The notes under the pieces are model-generated. The model searched no databases and was not told where the DNA came from. It saw only the letters and a list, made by a program, of their open reading frames with translations. Position numbers and translations under genes: made by a program. A stretch of DNA of 30,736 bases from a virus. Lineage: Duplodnaviria; Caudoviricetes. The DNA lies in IMG/VR virus record IMGVR_UViG_3300028883_000027, positions 1 through 30,736 of that record; one strand, given 5' to 3'. This document shows, in pieces, positions 16,057-26,900 of the stretch; position 1 is the first letter of the stretch; every line of letters starts with the position of its first letter.

Positions 16057-17289
16057 ATGTCAGTTTTAACGAATTTATTAGGAAAGTTAAATATAAAAGT
16101 AGGACAGACAGATAATGAACTTAAAGAAATTGGTGACTATTTAAACTTTTCTTCAGTTAACTTCGACATAAATCTTGCTGAAAATATCTCTACAGTATAT
16201 ACATCTTGTAAAATTTTAGCTGAAGATGTCGGTAGTTTCCCTCTTAATGTATATCAAAATAATGATGATGTAGGAAAAATAGTACTAAAGGATGATTATA
16301 GATATAGTTTACTACACTATAATCCTAATAACTACACATCATCAAATGTATTCTTCTCAACATTAGAATATATAAGGAACTTAAAAGGAAATTCTTTTGC
16401 TAAGATTATTAGAAATGGTAAGGGAATAATTACAGGTTTAGAGATTATTCATCCAGCTAAAATAATAGGATATAATATTAAAAATGGAGCTTTATATTAT
16501 ATCTATAAAGAAAATAATGAATCAGAAGAAATACCTATAAATGGTGATGATATATTACATTTTAAATCACTAAGTAATGATGGTGTATGGGGCATAAATC
16601 CTATTGAAAAACTTAGGTTAAACTTATCTACAACGTATAAGGCATTCACAACAATAGATAAGTTTTATGATAACAATGCAACTTCACCTAAGGCATTAAA
16701 AACTTCAGTTCCTGAAGGTATAAATCCAAAGGAATGGCAAAATAAAATAACAGAATTCACTAATAAATATGGTGGATTTAAGAATGCAGGTAAGGTAGTT
16801 TCATTACCTCCATTTACAGAATTACAAGATATAACATTAAATTTTGCTGATGCTGAATTTATTGGCACAATTAGATTTAATGCTGACCAAATAGCTTCAT
16901 TATATAGAGTTCCACCTCATTTAGTAGGAAACTTTGAAAGTTCAAAGTTCAATAATCTTGAACAACTTCAATTGAACTATAAAATAAACACTATAAGACC
17001 AATTCTTAGAATGTATCGTCAGGAAATGGAATCAAAACTCTTATCAACGAAAGAAAGAATAAATGGTATTAGTATAGAATTTAATACTAATGCACTTGTT
17101 GAAACAGATGCTAAAACAAGAATTGAAAATATGAAATCATTATTTGGTATGGGAGTTATGACACCTAATCAAATTTGTAAAATGGAAGGATTTCCAACTT
17201 ATGAAGGTGGTGATGACCACTTCTTATTGACACAATTACAAAGTGTGGAAAACTATAATAGAAAGAATAAAGCTGAAAATCCAGAATAA
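16057..17289 (+). CDS. HK97-family portal protein
   Basis: PNNYTS, GNSFA, DILHFK, GINPI, IASLYRVPPHLVG and MTPNQI...EGGD. Confidence 0.96.
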   Translation: MSVLTNLLGKLNIKVGQTDNELKEIGDYLNFSSVNFDINLAENISTVYTSCKILAEDVGSFPLNVYQNNDDVGKIVLKDDYRYSLLHYNPNNYTSSNVFFSTLEYIRNLKGNSFAKIIRNGKGIITGLEIIHPAKIIGYNIKNGALYYIYKENNESEEIPINGDDILHFKSLSNDGVWGINPIEKLRLNLSTTYKAFTTIDKFYDNNATSPKALKTSVPEGINPKEWQNKITEFTNKYGGFKNAGKVVSLPPFTELQDITLNFADAEFIGTIRFNADQIASLYRVPPHLVGNFESSKFNNLEQLQLNYKINTIRPILRMYRQEMESKLLSTKERINGISIEFNTNALVETDAKTRIENMKSLFGMGVMTPNQICKMEGFPTYEGGDDHFLLTQLQSVENYNRKNKAENPE

Positions 17290-17319
17290 AATGAATATAT
17301 ATTAAAATAATAAATAGTT

Positions 17320-17964
17320 ATGGTTGAAAAAAGATTCTATAAACCAGAAGAACAAGAAATTAGAGCATATACTAATGAAGATAATAAGAAAATTATTGAG
17401 GGATATGCAGCAAAATTTAATGTTGATAGTAGACTTCTAGCTGAAGGTGGAAAGGTATTTACAGAAAGACTTTTACCAGGTGCTTTTACTGATGTATTAA
17501 AAAATGATGTTTATATGACATTTAATCACGATAGAGATAAAGTATTTGCAAGAACTATTAATGAAACATTAGTATTAGAAGAAGATGAAACAGGACTAAA
17601 ATTTAGAGCAGAATTAAATAATACTTCAGGTGCTCAAGATTTATATACAATGATAGAAAGAGGTGATGTCTTTGAAAATTCATTTGCCTTTACAGTTGAT
17701 GATGAAGGACAACGCTGGAGCCGCACTCCTGATGGAGATCCCATTAGAGAGATTTCGAGAATTAACAGGTTGTATGACATTTCGACAGTTACTCACGCAG
17801 CTTATCCTGAAACAGAAGTTTCAGTAGTAAGAGGATTAGATGAATTTCTTGAAAGTGAAACTAATAATGATGTAGAAGATGATTTTGAAAAACTACAAGA
17901 AAAACTACAAGAAGAATTAGATAGATTCAAGAGACATCTTAAAATAATTAAACTAAAAAAATAG
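17320..17964 (+). CDS. HK97-family prohead protease
   Basis: IEGYAAKFN, PGAF, FNHD, GLKF, SFAF and DISTVTHAAYPET. Confidence 0.95.
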   Translation: MVEKRFYKPEEQEIRAYTNEDNKKIIEGYAAKFNVDSRLLAEGGKVFTERLLPGAFTDVLKNDVYMTFNHDRDKVFARTINETLVLEEDETGLKFRAELNNTSGAQDLYTMIERGDVFENSFAFTVDDEGQRWSRTPDGDPIREISRINRLYDISTVTHAAYPETEVSVVRGLDEFLESETNNDVEDDFEKLQEKLQEELDRFKRHLKIIKLKK

Positions 17965-17972
17965 ATTTTAAT

Positions 17973-19076
17973 ATGAAAAAAATAAATGATTTAAAATCAG
18001 AACGTAATGAGTTAATTGAAAAAATGGAAAATATTACAAAACTCGAAACACTTTCTGATGAACAAAGAAGTCAATGGGATGAATATGATGAAAGAATCAA
18101 ATCCATTGATAATGAAATTAAAATACTTGAAAGACAGGAAGAACTTAATAAAATAGAAGTTAAAGATGAAGAACCTGTAAAAAGGGATGAAGAAAAACCT
18201 TTAGCAGAGGAATTTAGAGATTGGCTTCAGGAAGCAGTGGAAGGAAGAGCATCAAAGAAATTTGAATTTCGTGCTGACCCTATCATAACATCAACACAAT
18301 CTGCAATAATTAATAAAACTGTTGCTAATAAAGTTGATATTTTAACATCACCTGGTGAAGCTTTCTTAAAAAGTATTGGTGTTCAATTCTTCACAGGATT
18401 AACTGGCCAATTTGTAGTTCCTGCATTAGCAGAAGATACAGCTGAATTTGTATCAGAAGCTGGTGATGCAAGTACTTCAGATATGGCTCACGAAGCATTA
18501 ACTCTTGCTCCAAGAAGAGTATCTGCATTTCAGTCAATTACTAAGGAAACACTTGTGCAAACAAATCCTGCAATTTATAGTTCAATTCTTCAAAATCTTG
18601 TGAATGGAATTTATAAAGCTGTAACTTATGATGTCTTCGACACATTAGAAAGTGATGCTGCAACTGCCGTAACTGGTTCAACAGCTACAGGTTTAGCATA
18701 TGCTGATATCCTTCAATTAGAAGCTTCAATTGGTGGACTTAATATAGGTGCTGGTGCTTATGTTACTACACCTTCTGTTAAAGCATATCTTAAAGGATTA
18801 GATATTGATGATGCTGGAATTAGATTTGCTTGGAATGGCAATGAAATGAATGGTTATTCTGCTTATGGAGTTCCTGCTGCAAATGCTAATTCAGTTTACT
18901 TCGGAGATTTCTCAAGAATGACTGTTGGTCAATGGGGTGGAATAGAACTTATAGTTGACCCTTATACTTATGCTAAGCAAGGAAGAATTCAAATTACTGC
19001 AGTAGCAATGTTTGATACAGGATGCACAAATGTTCGAGCTTTTGCTTGGTTGGATGATGTATCTGCTGGATGGTAA
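17973..19076 (+). CDS. HK97-fold major capsid protein with N-terminal delta (scaffold) domain
   Basis: About 100-aa charged coiled-coil N terminus; FVSEAG, YFGDFS and LIVDPYT; follows the protease. Confidence 0.93.
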   Translation: MKKINDLKSERNELIEKMENITKLETLSDEQRSQWDEYDERIKSIDNEIKILERQEELNKIEVKDEEPVKRDEEKPLAEEFRDWLQEAVEGRASKKFEFRADPIITSTQSAIINKTVANKVDILTSPGEAFLKSIGVQFFTGLTGQFVVPALAEDTAEFVSEAGDASTSDMAHEALTLAPRRVSAFQSITKETLVQTNPAIYSSILQNLVNGIYKAVTYDVFDTLESDAATAVTGSTATGLAYADILQLEASIGGLNIGAGAYVTTPSVKAYLKGLDIDDAGIRFAWNGNEMNGYSAYGVPAANANSVYFGDFSRMTVGQWGGIELIVDPYTYAKQGRIQITAVAMFDTGCTNVRAFAWLDDVSAGW

Positions 19077-19100
19077 TCTTTACTATTCTCATATAAATTC

Positions 19101-19132
19101 ATAGAGAGGAGTTTTAATACTCCTCTCTATTT
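19101..19132 (+). terminator. Stem-loop after the capsid gene (terminator or mRNA stabiliser)
   Basis: Perfect 12-bp stem ATAGAGAGGAGT-tttaat-ACTCCTCTCTAT with a short T tail. Confidence 0.8.
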
Positions 19133-19149
19133 AAAATTATGTCATTTCT

Positions 19150-19686
19150 ATGTATAATATTTCAAAAACAAAATCAACATATCCTGTATCATTAAGAGAA
19201 GTTAAATCACATTTAAGAATTGATACTAATAATTTTGATGATGATGAATATATTGAGGATGCGATAATACCCGCTGCTACAAGATTTTGTGAAAATTTTA
19301 TTGATAAAGATATAGCATATACAACGAATACTTATACCATATATGACTTTTATAATAGTTATGTTCAAATTGATGAAGGTAATTTAATTTCTATTACTGA
19401 TGTTTCAATAAATGGAACATTATATACTGATTATGAATTGAAAACTTATGATGATTATTTTGAATTAGAATGGGACATATATTTAGGTGGCAATGATTAT
19501 ACATTTACCACTCATTTTATAACAGGATATAATGCTAATGAATGTCCTGAAGAAATAAAACAGGCTATTTTAATACAATGTGGAAATTTATATGATATGG
19601 AAAGAAGCTCATATACCTTAGGTTCTATTAAAAAGAGTGATGTAGTAGAAAGAATTTTAATGCCTTTTAAAGCTATAAGATGGTAA
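19150..19686 (+). CDS. Head-tail connector/adaptor (gp6-like)
   Basis: PVSLREVKSHLRID...DD.YI and PEEIKQAIL....LY..R. Confidence 0.88.
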   Translation: MYNISKTKSTYPVSLREVKSHLRIDTNNFDDDEYIEDAIIPAATRFCENFIDKDIAYTTNTYTIYDFYNSYVQIDEGNLISITDVSINGTLYTDYELKTYDDYFELEWDIYLGGNDYTFTTHFITGYNANECPEEIKQAILIQCGNLYDMERSSYTLGSIKKSDVVERILMPFKAIRW

Positions 19687-19687
19687 T

Positions 19688-20014
19688 ATGATTAGTTCAG
19701 TATTAAATAAGCAAATAATAATTCAACAAGGAGCTCAATCTACAAATACGGTTGGTTCTCCTACTATTACGTGGAGTGATTATCTTAAAACTTGGGCTTC
19801 AGTGTATTCACCTTATAGAAATGTTCAGTATAGTGATGGTGAACTTCTTGAATATACAACAGAATTTACAATTAGATATAATAGTGTTACAAAAGAAATT
19901 ACAAATAAGTTTAGGATATACTATGATGGTGATTATTACAAAATTAATCAGATAAGTGAGATTGGTAATAAAGAAGGATTGAAACTAATAACAGTAATGT
20001 TTGAAGATGAATAA
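19688..20014 (+). CDS. Head closure protein (SPP1 gp16-like)
   Basis: LNKQIIIQ, G.P..TW, WASV, FTIRY and RIYY....Y.I. Confidence 0.85.
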   Translation: MISSVLNKQIIIQQGAQSTNTVGSPTITWSDYLKTWASVYSPYRNVQYSDGELLEYTTEFTIRYNSVTKEITNKFRIYYDGDYYKINQISEIGNKEGLKLITVMFEDE

Positions 20015-20498
20015 TGAATCATTTGAATTAGAAGGAACAAAGGAAGTAATGAAAGCTTTAGATGCTTTACAACCTAAATTGTTATTAGCAGTACTTAAAG
20101 GTGTAGAAAGAAAAGCATTAAGAGAAAATATTATTAAGCCTCTTAAGGCAGCATTACCATATAGTGAAAGTTCTGAAAGAAATATAAAAATTGTAAGTGA
20201 TAGAGATGATAAAACAGGTTTTTATGCAGGTATAACAAAAGATTCATATTGGTTAAGATTTGTTGAAAAAGGAACTAAGATTAGAACTGTAAAAGAAACT
20301 AAGATTGTACCTATAAATGGAGAATTTAGAACATTTAAAGAAGGACAGACATTAGGACAAATTATAGGAAAAAATATCGCTATTCCTACAATGTTAGATA
20401 ATATAGATGATATAATAGAATTTTTCAATGAAGATTTTGGTTCTGAAGTTGAAAAGATTTTAAAAAGAAGACTTAAAAGATTAAATAAAGTAACATAA
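20001..20498 (+). CDS. HK97 gp10-like tail completion protein
   Basis: ELEGTKEVMKAL and YWLRFVEKGT; synteny; the true start may be the ATG at 20007. Confidence 0.8.
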   Translation: MKMNNESFELEGTKEVMKALDALQPKLLLAVLKGVERKALRENIIKPLKAALPYSESSERNIKIVSDRDDKTGFYAGITKDSYWLRFVEKGTKIRTVKETKIVPINGEFRTFKEGQTLGQIIGKNIAIPTMLDNIDDIIEFFNEDFGSEVEKILKRRLKRLNKVT

Positions 20499-20881
20499 TG
20501 AGTTTTGCTACAGATATATTACACTTAATGACTAATGATACTTCATTAAATACATATTGTGATGGTGGTATTAAGTATGAATATCTTCCTGAAAATTTTG
20601 ATTTGGATTTAGATTGGATAGTATACTCTTTTAATAAAACGTCTGCAATATCTTGTATGGATGGAGATATTGCATTTACTAATTATGCTTTTTCTGTAAA
20701 AATTATATCAACCAGTACAGAAGATTTAGAAACAATAAGCGATAGATTAGTAGACTATTTACACGGAAATGAATATGGTGGAATTATTGATATAATATTT
20801 TCTGGTGATAGTCATACTCTTGATTTAGAGAAAAGAATATATATGAATACATTAAATTTTGATTGTATATATTCTACATAA
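20498..20881 (+). CDS. Tail terminator protein
   Basis: Size and position between the gp10-like gene and the tail tube gene; LP...WIVY pattern. Confidence 0.65.
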   Translation: MSFATDILHLMTNDTSLNTYCDGGIKYEYLPENFDLDLDWIVYSFNKTSAISCMDGDIAFTNYAFSVKIISTSTEDLETISDRLVDYLHGNEYGGIIDIIFSGDSHTLDLEKRIYMNTLNFDCIYST

Positions 20882-20896
20882 ATAAGTAAAAAACAG

Positions 20897-21160
20897 ATGA
20901 TAATAAAGGAAATATATATAAATGCTATACAATATAGAAGAGTACAAAATATTAAAGATGAAACTATTCAATATCTTAAAGATTTAACAATTCTTGAAGC
21001 TAAAAAGAAGAAATGTAAAATAAATTGGAAAACCTTAAATATTAAAGAAGAAGAAATTTCAGAAAGTATAAGAAAATGTGAAGATAGAATGAGAATTACA
21101 TTAAGTGTAAAGACTTATATTTCAGAAGATGAATATATAAATAAAGTAAACAAAAAATAA
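20897..21160 (+). CDS. Hypothetical basic protein inserted in the tail module
   Basis: 87-aa K/E/I-rich ORF filling the intergenic space. Confidence 0.5.
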   Translation: MIIKEIYINAIQYRRVQNIKDETIQYLKDLTILEAKKKKCKINWKTLNIKEEEISESIRKCEDRMRITLSVKTYISEDEYINKVNKK

Positions 21161-21169
21161 TTTAATAAT

Positions 21170-21589
21170 ATGAGTAATTATTTATTATCAAAACAAATGT
21201 CAATAGTTATTGACGGTTCAACATTAGGATGTGCTACGGATTTTAGTCTTAGCGTTAATAAAGACATAATTGAAATAGCTTGTATGACATCATCATCAAA
21301 AGAAAAGATTCCTGATTTATATAATTGGAGTATTTCCTTTTCAGGTATGGTAATTAAAACAACCGCTAAAGCTGCAGGTACTACAGGAATAGAAGATTTA
21401 ATGTCATCTATAATGTCTGATGCATCTGTTTCTGTTTATGTTCTTCCTGATGTGGCTTCAAATAAGTATTGGTCAGGTGGTGGTTATTTGGCAAGTGTAT
21501 CTATGGATGGTGGAACTGGTGCAGGTGTAACATTTTCAGGAGAAATTAGTGGTGATGGTGCACTTACAGAGCAAACAGCATCTGCTTAA
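21170..21589 (+). CDS. Major tail tube protein (TP901-1-like)
   Basis: GCATDFSLSVNKDIIE, WSISFSG, SGGGYLASVS and TFSGEISGDG.L. Confidence 0.88.
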   Translation: MSNYLLSKQMSIVIDGSTLGCATDFSLSVNKDIIEIACMTSSSKEKIPDLYNWSISFSGMVIKTTAKAAGTTGIEDLMSSIMSDASVSVYVLPDVASNKYWSGGGYLASVSMDGGTGAGVTFSGEISGDGALTEQTASA

Positions 21590-21606
21590 AAAAATAAAAT
21601 AGAACT

Positions 21607-21951
21607 ATGGTAGAATATATTACCTATCAAGGGGAAAAATATCCTATAAGAATATCTTATTATGTGCTTATGATGGCACAAAAGGAAACAGGATTATCTC
21701 TTGAAGAGCTTGATACAAATATTGAAAGTCAACAATTAATACTTTGGTATTCTTTAGTAGCAGGTCATAAAATGGCAAAAAAGGAACTTACACTTAAAAA
21801 GGATGATGCTGTATGGATTCTTGATGAATGTTATTTTGAGTTTCAAAGAGCATTATTTCATTTTGGTAAATCTTTAGTAGATATGCAAGAAGAAATATTG
21901 AGTGAAAATAAAAGTAAGGATAATAAAAGTAAGGATAATAAAAAAAAATAG
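21607..21951 (+). CDS. Tail assembly chaperone (G-like)
   Basis: Between the tail tube and tape measure genes; ends AAT AAA AAA AAA TAG. Confidence 0.85.
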   Translation: MVEYITYQGEKYPIRISYYVLMMAQKETGLSLEELDTNIESQQLILWYSLVAGHKMAKKELTLKKDDAVWILDECYFEFQRALFHFGKSLVDMQEEILSENKSKDNKSKDNKKK

Positions 21952-22319
21952 AAACAATTAGCGATATTTTCGTTATTGCTGCATCACGCATAAATCTTAC
22001 GCCAGATCAATTCTTAGAATATACACCTCAAGAATTATCTGGCGTTTTATATTATTATATACAGAGTGAAGATTCAAAATTTAGAGCTGATTGGGAACGT
22101 TCAAGAATTCAAGCATATCTCCTTATAAATATTCAATTAGCAAAGAAAGATAAAATTACATATGATAGATTTAAAAAAGATGTATGGCCATTCTTTTGGG
22201 AAAAGAAACAAAAGTCTGATAAAGATATAACTATGTCTTATGAAGAATGGCAGAATATTATTAACAAACCTATTATATCTCAAAAGAAATTAAATGGTAA
22301 TACAAATATCAATTTATAA
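21948..22319 (+). CDS. -1 frameshift extension of the tail assembly chaperone (GT-like), not in the ORF track
   Basis: The -1 frame is open for 123 codons: IETISDIFVIAASRINLTPDQFLEYTPQEL...DWERSR...WPFFWEK...NINL*; A9 run at 21940-21948. Confidence 0.85.
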   Translation: METISDIFVIAASRINLTPDQFLEYTPQELSGVLYYYIQSEDSKFRADWERSRIQAYLLINIQLAKKDKITYDRFKKDVWPFFWEKKQKSDKDITMSYEEWQNIINKPIISQKKLNGNTNINL

Positions 22320-22348
22320 AGAATATATATTAAAATAAATATAAGTTT

Positions 22349-23983
22349 ATGGGTAAAGTAATGGCAGATTTAATGCTCCGATTACGTGCTAATAGTGCGG
22401 AGTTACAAAAAGGACTTGATAAGTCAAAAGCTGCTATGGGAAAGGCAGGAAAAGAATCTAAGAAATTAGGAAAAACAATTTCAGGTACTTTTCAAGAAGC
22501 ATCAAGATCAATAGATAAAGTTATACCTGGATTTTCAAAATTTACAGCAGGAATTGGAAAGGCTGCAGGTGCTGTTACAGGATTTTCGGGGTCATTAAAA
22601 ATAATGAAAATAGCCTTAATTTCTACTGGTATTGGAGCACTTGTGGTAGCATTAGGTTCACTAATATCATTTTTTAAGAATACTAAAAAAGGAGCAGATA
22701 TATTTAATAAAGCATTAGGAGGAATAAAGGCAGTTATTTCTACTGTTATGCATCGGATAAATCTATTAGGAGAGGCTTTAACTTTATTAATGCAAGGAAA
22801 TTTTGCAGCCGCTGCAAAAAAGGCAAAAGAAGCTTTTTCAAAGATTGGTGAAGAAATAAAGAATAATTATAAGGAAGGAAGAGCTTTAGCAGATGCTGAA
22901 AATGAACTTAAAAAGAGACAAATTGCATTTATAGAAAGAGAAGCTGAATTAAGACACGAAATTGCACGACTTGTAGAAATAAGTTCTGATAAAACATTAA
23001 CAACACAAGAAAGAGCAGAAGCAACTGCAAAAGCAATAGAAATGCAAAAAGAATTAAGTGCTGAAAAGTTAGCTATAGCTGAAGAAGAAGCAAGAATATT
23101 ACAAGAAAAGAATGCACTTGGTGATAATACATATGAAGATGATAAAGCAGAAGCTGAAGCAAGAGCTCATATTCTTGATGTTAGAAAAGATGAATTAGAT
23201 AAAGTAAGAGAATTAAAGAATAGACAAGAAGAAATTGCTGGAACTACTGAAAGAGAAGCTGCAGCAAGAGAAAAGGCTCTTGAAGCACTTAAAAAAGCTA
23301 ATGAAATACAAAAAATAAAAGTAGGTACTGAAGTTGAAGGTGTAGATACATCACAATTAGTACCAATGACTTTTGCACCTACAATTGAAGCTGGTCCAAT
23401 GACTACAGGAGCGACATTATTTGAAAATGTATGGACTGAAGCAATTAAGAATGTTAGAGAATTATTAGAAAATACAGCAATAAGTTCTCAAGAGTTATTC
23501 GCATATCTTACAGATACAATTGCAAATGCATTAAGTAATTTATCTAATGGTTTATCAAAAGGTGCTAAATCATTTAAAGATTATGGTAAACAAGCATTAA
23601 ATACAATTAGAGAAGTTATATCTGGATTAATTGCAGAAGGTGTGGCAGGAGCTATTACCGCAGCATTACAGAATCCTGCAATAAAAATAGCACCTTTTCT
23701 TATACCTGTATTTGCAGCATTAGCAGCAGGTTTGGCTTCAACAGCATTTAATACTTTAATTCCTGAGTTTGCAACAGGAGCAATAGCTTATGGACCTACG
23801 CTTGGTTTAGTTGGTGAATATGCTGGTGCAAGTTCAAATCCTGAAATTATAGCTCCATTAGATAAATTAGAATCTATTTTAGCTTCAAAAAATAATACAC
23901 AACAATTAGTAGCAAGAATTTCTGGTAGAGATTTATTATTCATTTTAGATGAAGCAGAAAGAACAAAAAATAATAGTTATTAA
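22349..23983 (+). CDS. Tape measure protein (short, 544 aa)
   Basis: Ala/Gly/Lys-rich helical sequence; ALISTGIGALVVALG; C-terminal FATGAI.YGPT..LVGE...PEIIAPLDKL. Confidence 0.9.
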   Translation: MGKVMADLMLRLRANSAELQKGLDKSKAAMGKAGKESKKLGKTISGTFQEASRSIDKVIPGFSKFTAGIGKAAGAVTGFSGSLKIMKIALISTGIGALVVALGSLISFFKNTKKGADIFNKALGGIKAVISTVMHRINLLGEALTLLMQGNFAAAAKKAKEAFSKIGEEIKNNYKEGRALADAENELKKRQIAFIEREAELRHEIARLVEISSDKTLTTQERAEATAKAIEMQKELSAEKLAIAEEEARILQEKNALGDNTYEDDKAEAEARAHILDVRKDELDKVRELKNRQEEIAGTTEREAAAREKALEALKKANEIQKIKVGTEVEGVDTSQLVPMTFAPTIEAGPMTTGATLFENVWTEAIKNVRELLENTAISSQELFAYLTDTIANALSNLSNGLSKGAKSFKDYGKQALNTIREVISGLIAEGVAGAITAALQNPAIKIAPFLIPVFAALAAGLASTAFNTLIPEFATGAIAYGPTLGLVGEYAGASSNPEIIAPLDKLESILASKNNTQQLVARISGRDLLFILDEAERTKNNSY

Positions 23984-23985
23984 AT

Positions 23986-26900
23986 ATGGCATATGGTGTT
24001 AAATATGATGCTTATTTTGATGATACAAAAGCAGCAAGGACTTATAAAATACAATTACTTAAAGAAGATTATTCAGGAGGAGTAACTACCATTACTAAAA
24101 AGAACCCTTATCCTGTTATTATTTCATCATCCGGAACAAAAGGAAAGTATAATCCTGTTATAGGTAGTTCATTAACATTTAGTTTTTTAGAGAATGCAGA
24201 TGTTGGAGATGATTATAGTGACATTTTTGATAGCAACTATAAAGATTATAAATTAAGATTTTATAATAATGATACAAGTGAATTAATATGGGAAGGATAT
24301 GTTAAGCCTGAAAATCTTACAAGAGAATATATTCACAAGAAAAGATTTATCAATTTAGAAGCAATTGATGGATTAGCAGATTTAAAAGATATTGAGTTTG
24401 GAATAACAGACAATAGATATACAATTTTAGAAATAATTAAAACTGCACTTAATGAAACTGGAATAGAATTACCTATTAAAGTTCAATTAGGAACATATGA
24501 AATGGATTATATGCTCAGTACTGAATGTGCATTAAAAGAATCATATGTTGATAGTCGAAGATTATATGAAATTAAAGATGGATATAAAACATTTGATAAT
24601 TGTTATAAAGTAATAGAAAAATTATTAAGACCCTTTAAATGTGTATTAAAACAAAATGAAGGAGAATATTGTATAACAAATTATAATGAAGGAGATAGTT
24701 ATAGATTTACATATAATTGGTCAGACCTTTCATTATCCTCATCAGGTGCTTCAAATATTACAATAGATGTATCAAATTATAATGTTAAATGGTCTTCTAA
24801 TTACTCTAAAATTAGACCTCTTAGAAAGCATAAAATTACTTTACATAATAAAGAAACAGGTGATGAATTAGTAAATAATCTTAATGATTGGGAAGGTGTT
24901 GGGTCACCTTGGACACTTAATTTTCCGTCAAGTAATGAAAGTCCTGAAGGAACTATTAATTTATTTAATGATAATGCATCATTAGATTGTTCAATAGCTA
25001 TCATAGACCCATTTGGTGCAACATATCAAAATGGAAATGAATATATGAGATGTTCATTTGATTTAAGATGTGATGAAATTCCTGGCGATCCTCCAGCAGA
25101 ACCTGATACAGCATTATTTTTTAATATATGGATTAAACCTGCAGATGGTAATTGGGGTGTTGCAACAGACCATTATTATTATCCAAGAACAACAACCAAT
25201 ACTTGGGTTTCATTTGAAAGTTTATTAACATCAGGTTGGAAGATTACATCAACACAAGATTATGAATTATATATAGAGTTTCTTGCTCCGGAAGTATTTA
25301 GTAATATGAATATTTATATGAGAAACTTTCATTTAACTAAAATTTGTGTTGTAGATGGTGAAGAAACAACAGATGTTGTATATGATAAATTATATATTGG
25401 TGATATATCAATTAATCAAGATACTTTAGAAGAAGAATTATACTTTGGTGATGGAGGTGCAATAAATGAATTATCATCTATTACAATTGGTGGTATTGAT
25501 GATTTATCATCTGTATGGATGTTAGATAATGGAGATGCATCAGGATTATTACAAGAATTATATTCAAGAATAACATTAAATAATAGTCAATATTTTAGAG
25601 ATTATGTACAGTTAGAAATATATGATAATGATTTAAATATAGAACCTAATTCTATAATCAAATTAGAAACTGGAAAAGTATTTAAGATTATTGATTATGA
25701 TAGAAATTATAGGTTAGGTTTTGTAAAATTAAGTTTAGAAGAATTAGTAAGTACCAATACAACATATTTTTATTTTTGTGAATATCAATTATCATCAATA
25801 GATGGACATAGTACTGTAATATCTAATAATGTAGTGCCAGCATCTGCAGGTGATCACGGACAATTAACTGGTCTTAGTGATGATGATCATAGTGCTATTT
25901 ATTATAATAGAACATATATAGATAATTTAGAATTAGGAATTGATACTTCATTAAATGCTGCATTTTATGGATTAAATTGGGGATATCAAAATGCAAGTAG
26001 TGGAGGTTCATTTACATCTATAACACCTGGTGAAAATTTTGGTATTAAACAAGGTTTTGATACATCAATAGGATTTAGTGGAAACTTTATTGTTATAGAT
26101 GTTTCAGTAGATACTATAATGAATTGGGGATATGAGAATATTGGAGGTGGTGGTTCAGTTACTAAGGTAGCTCCAAATGAAAATTTTGGTATTAAACAAG
26201 GTGTAGATACATCAATAGGATTCGATGGAAACTTTGTTATTATAGATGTTTCAGTAGATACTGTAATGAATTGGGGATATGAAAATTATGAAGGTGGTGG
26301 TTCAGTTACTAAGATAGCACCAAATGAAAATTTTGGTGTTAAAGAAGGAAAAGATATTTCATTAGGATTTGATGGGAACTTTGTTGTTATAGATATTTCT
26401 GGAGGCGGTATTCAAGGTATTCAAGGAACTACAGGAGATACAGGTCCTCAAGGTACAAGTATAACATTGGATGCCGGTGTGCCTTCAGAAGGCTATGGCG
26501 AAATAGGAGATTTGTACATTAATGAATCTAATTGGGATTTATTTGAAAAAACAGGTCCTGTTACTTGGGAAAATCAAGGTAATATTCAAGGTACACAAGG
26601 TATTTTAGGTTCTCAAGGAACTCAAGGAATTCAAGGTATTACAGGTATGGTAGGACCTAATGGAGCTCAAGGAACTCAAGGTCTTACAGGTATTCAAGGA
26701 ATTCAAGGAATTCAAGGTCCTCAAGGAACTACAGGTGCTATAGGTTCAAGTATAACATTAGGTGAAGGTGTACCTGGTGAAGAAGATGGTGAAATTGGAG
26801 ACCTTTATATAAATGAATCTAATTGGGATTTATTTGAAAAAACAGGTCCTGTTACTTGGGAAAATCAAGGTAATATTCAAGGTACACAAGGTATTATCGG

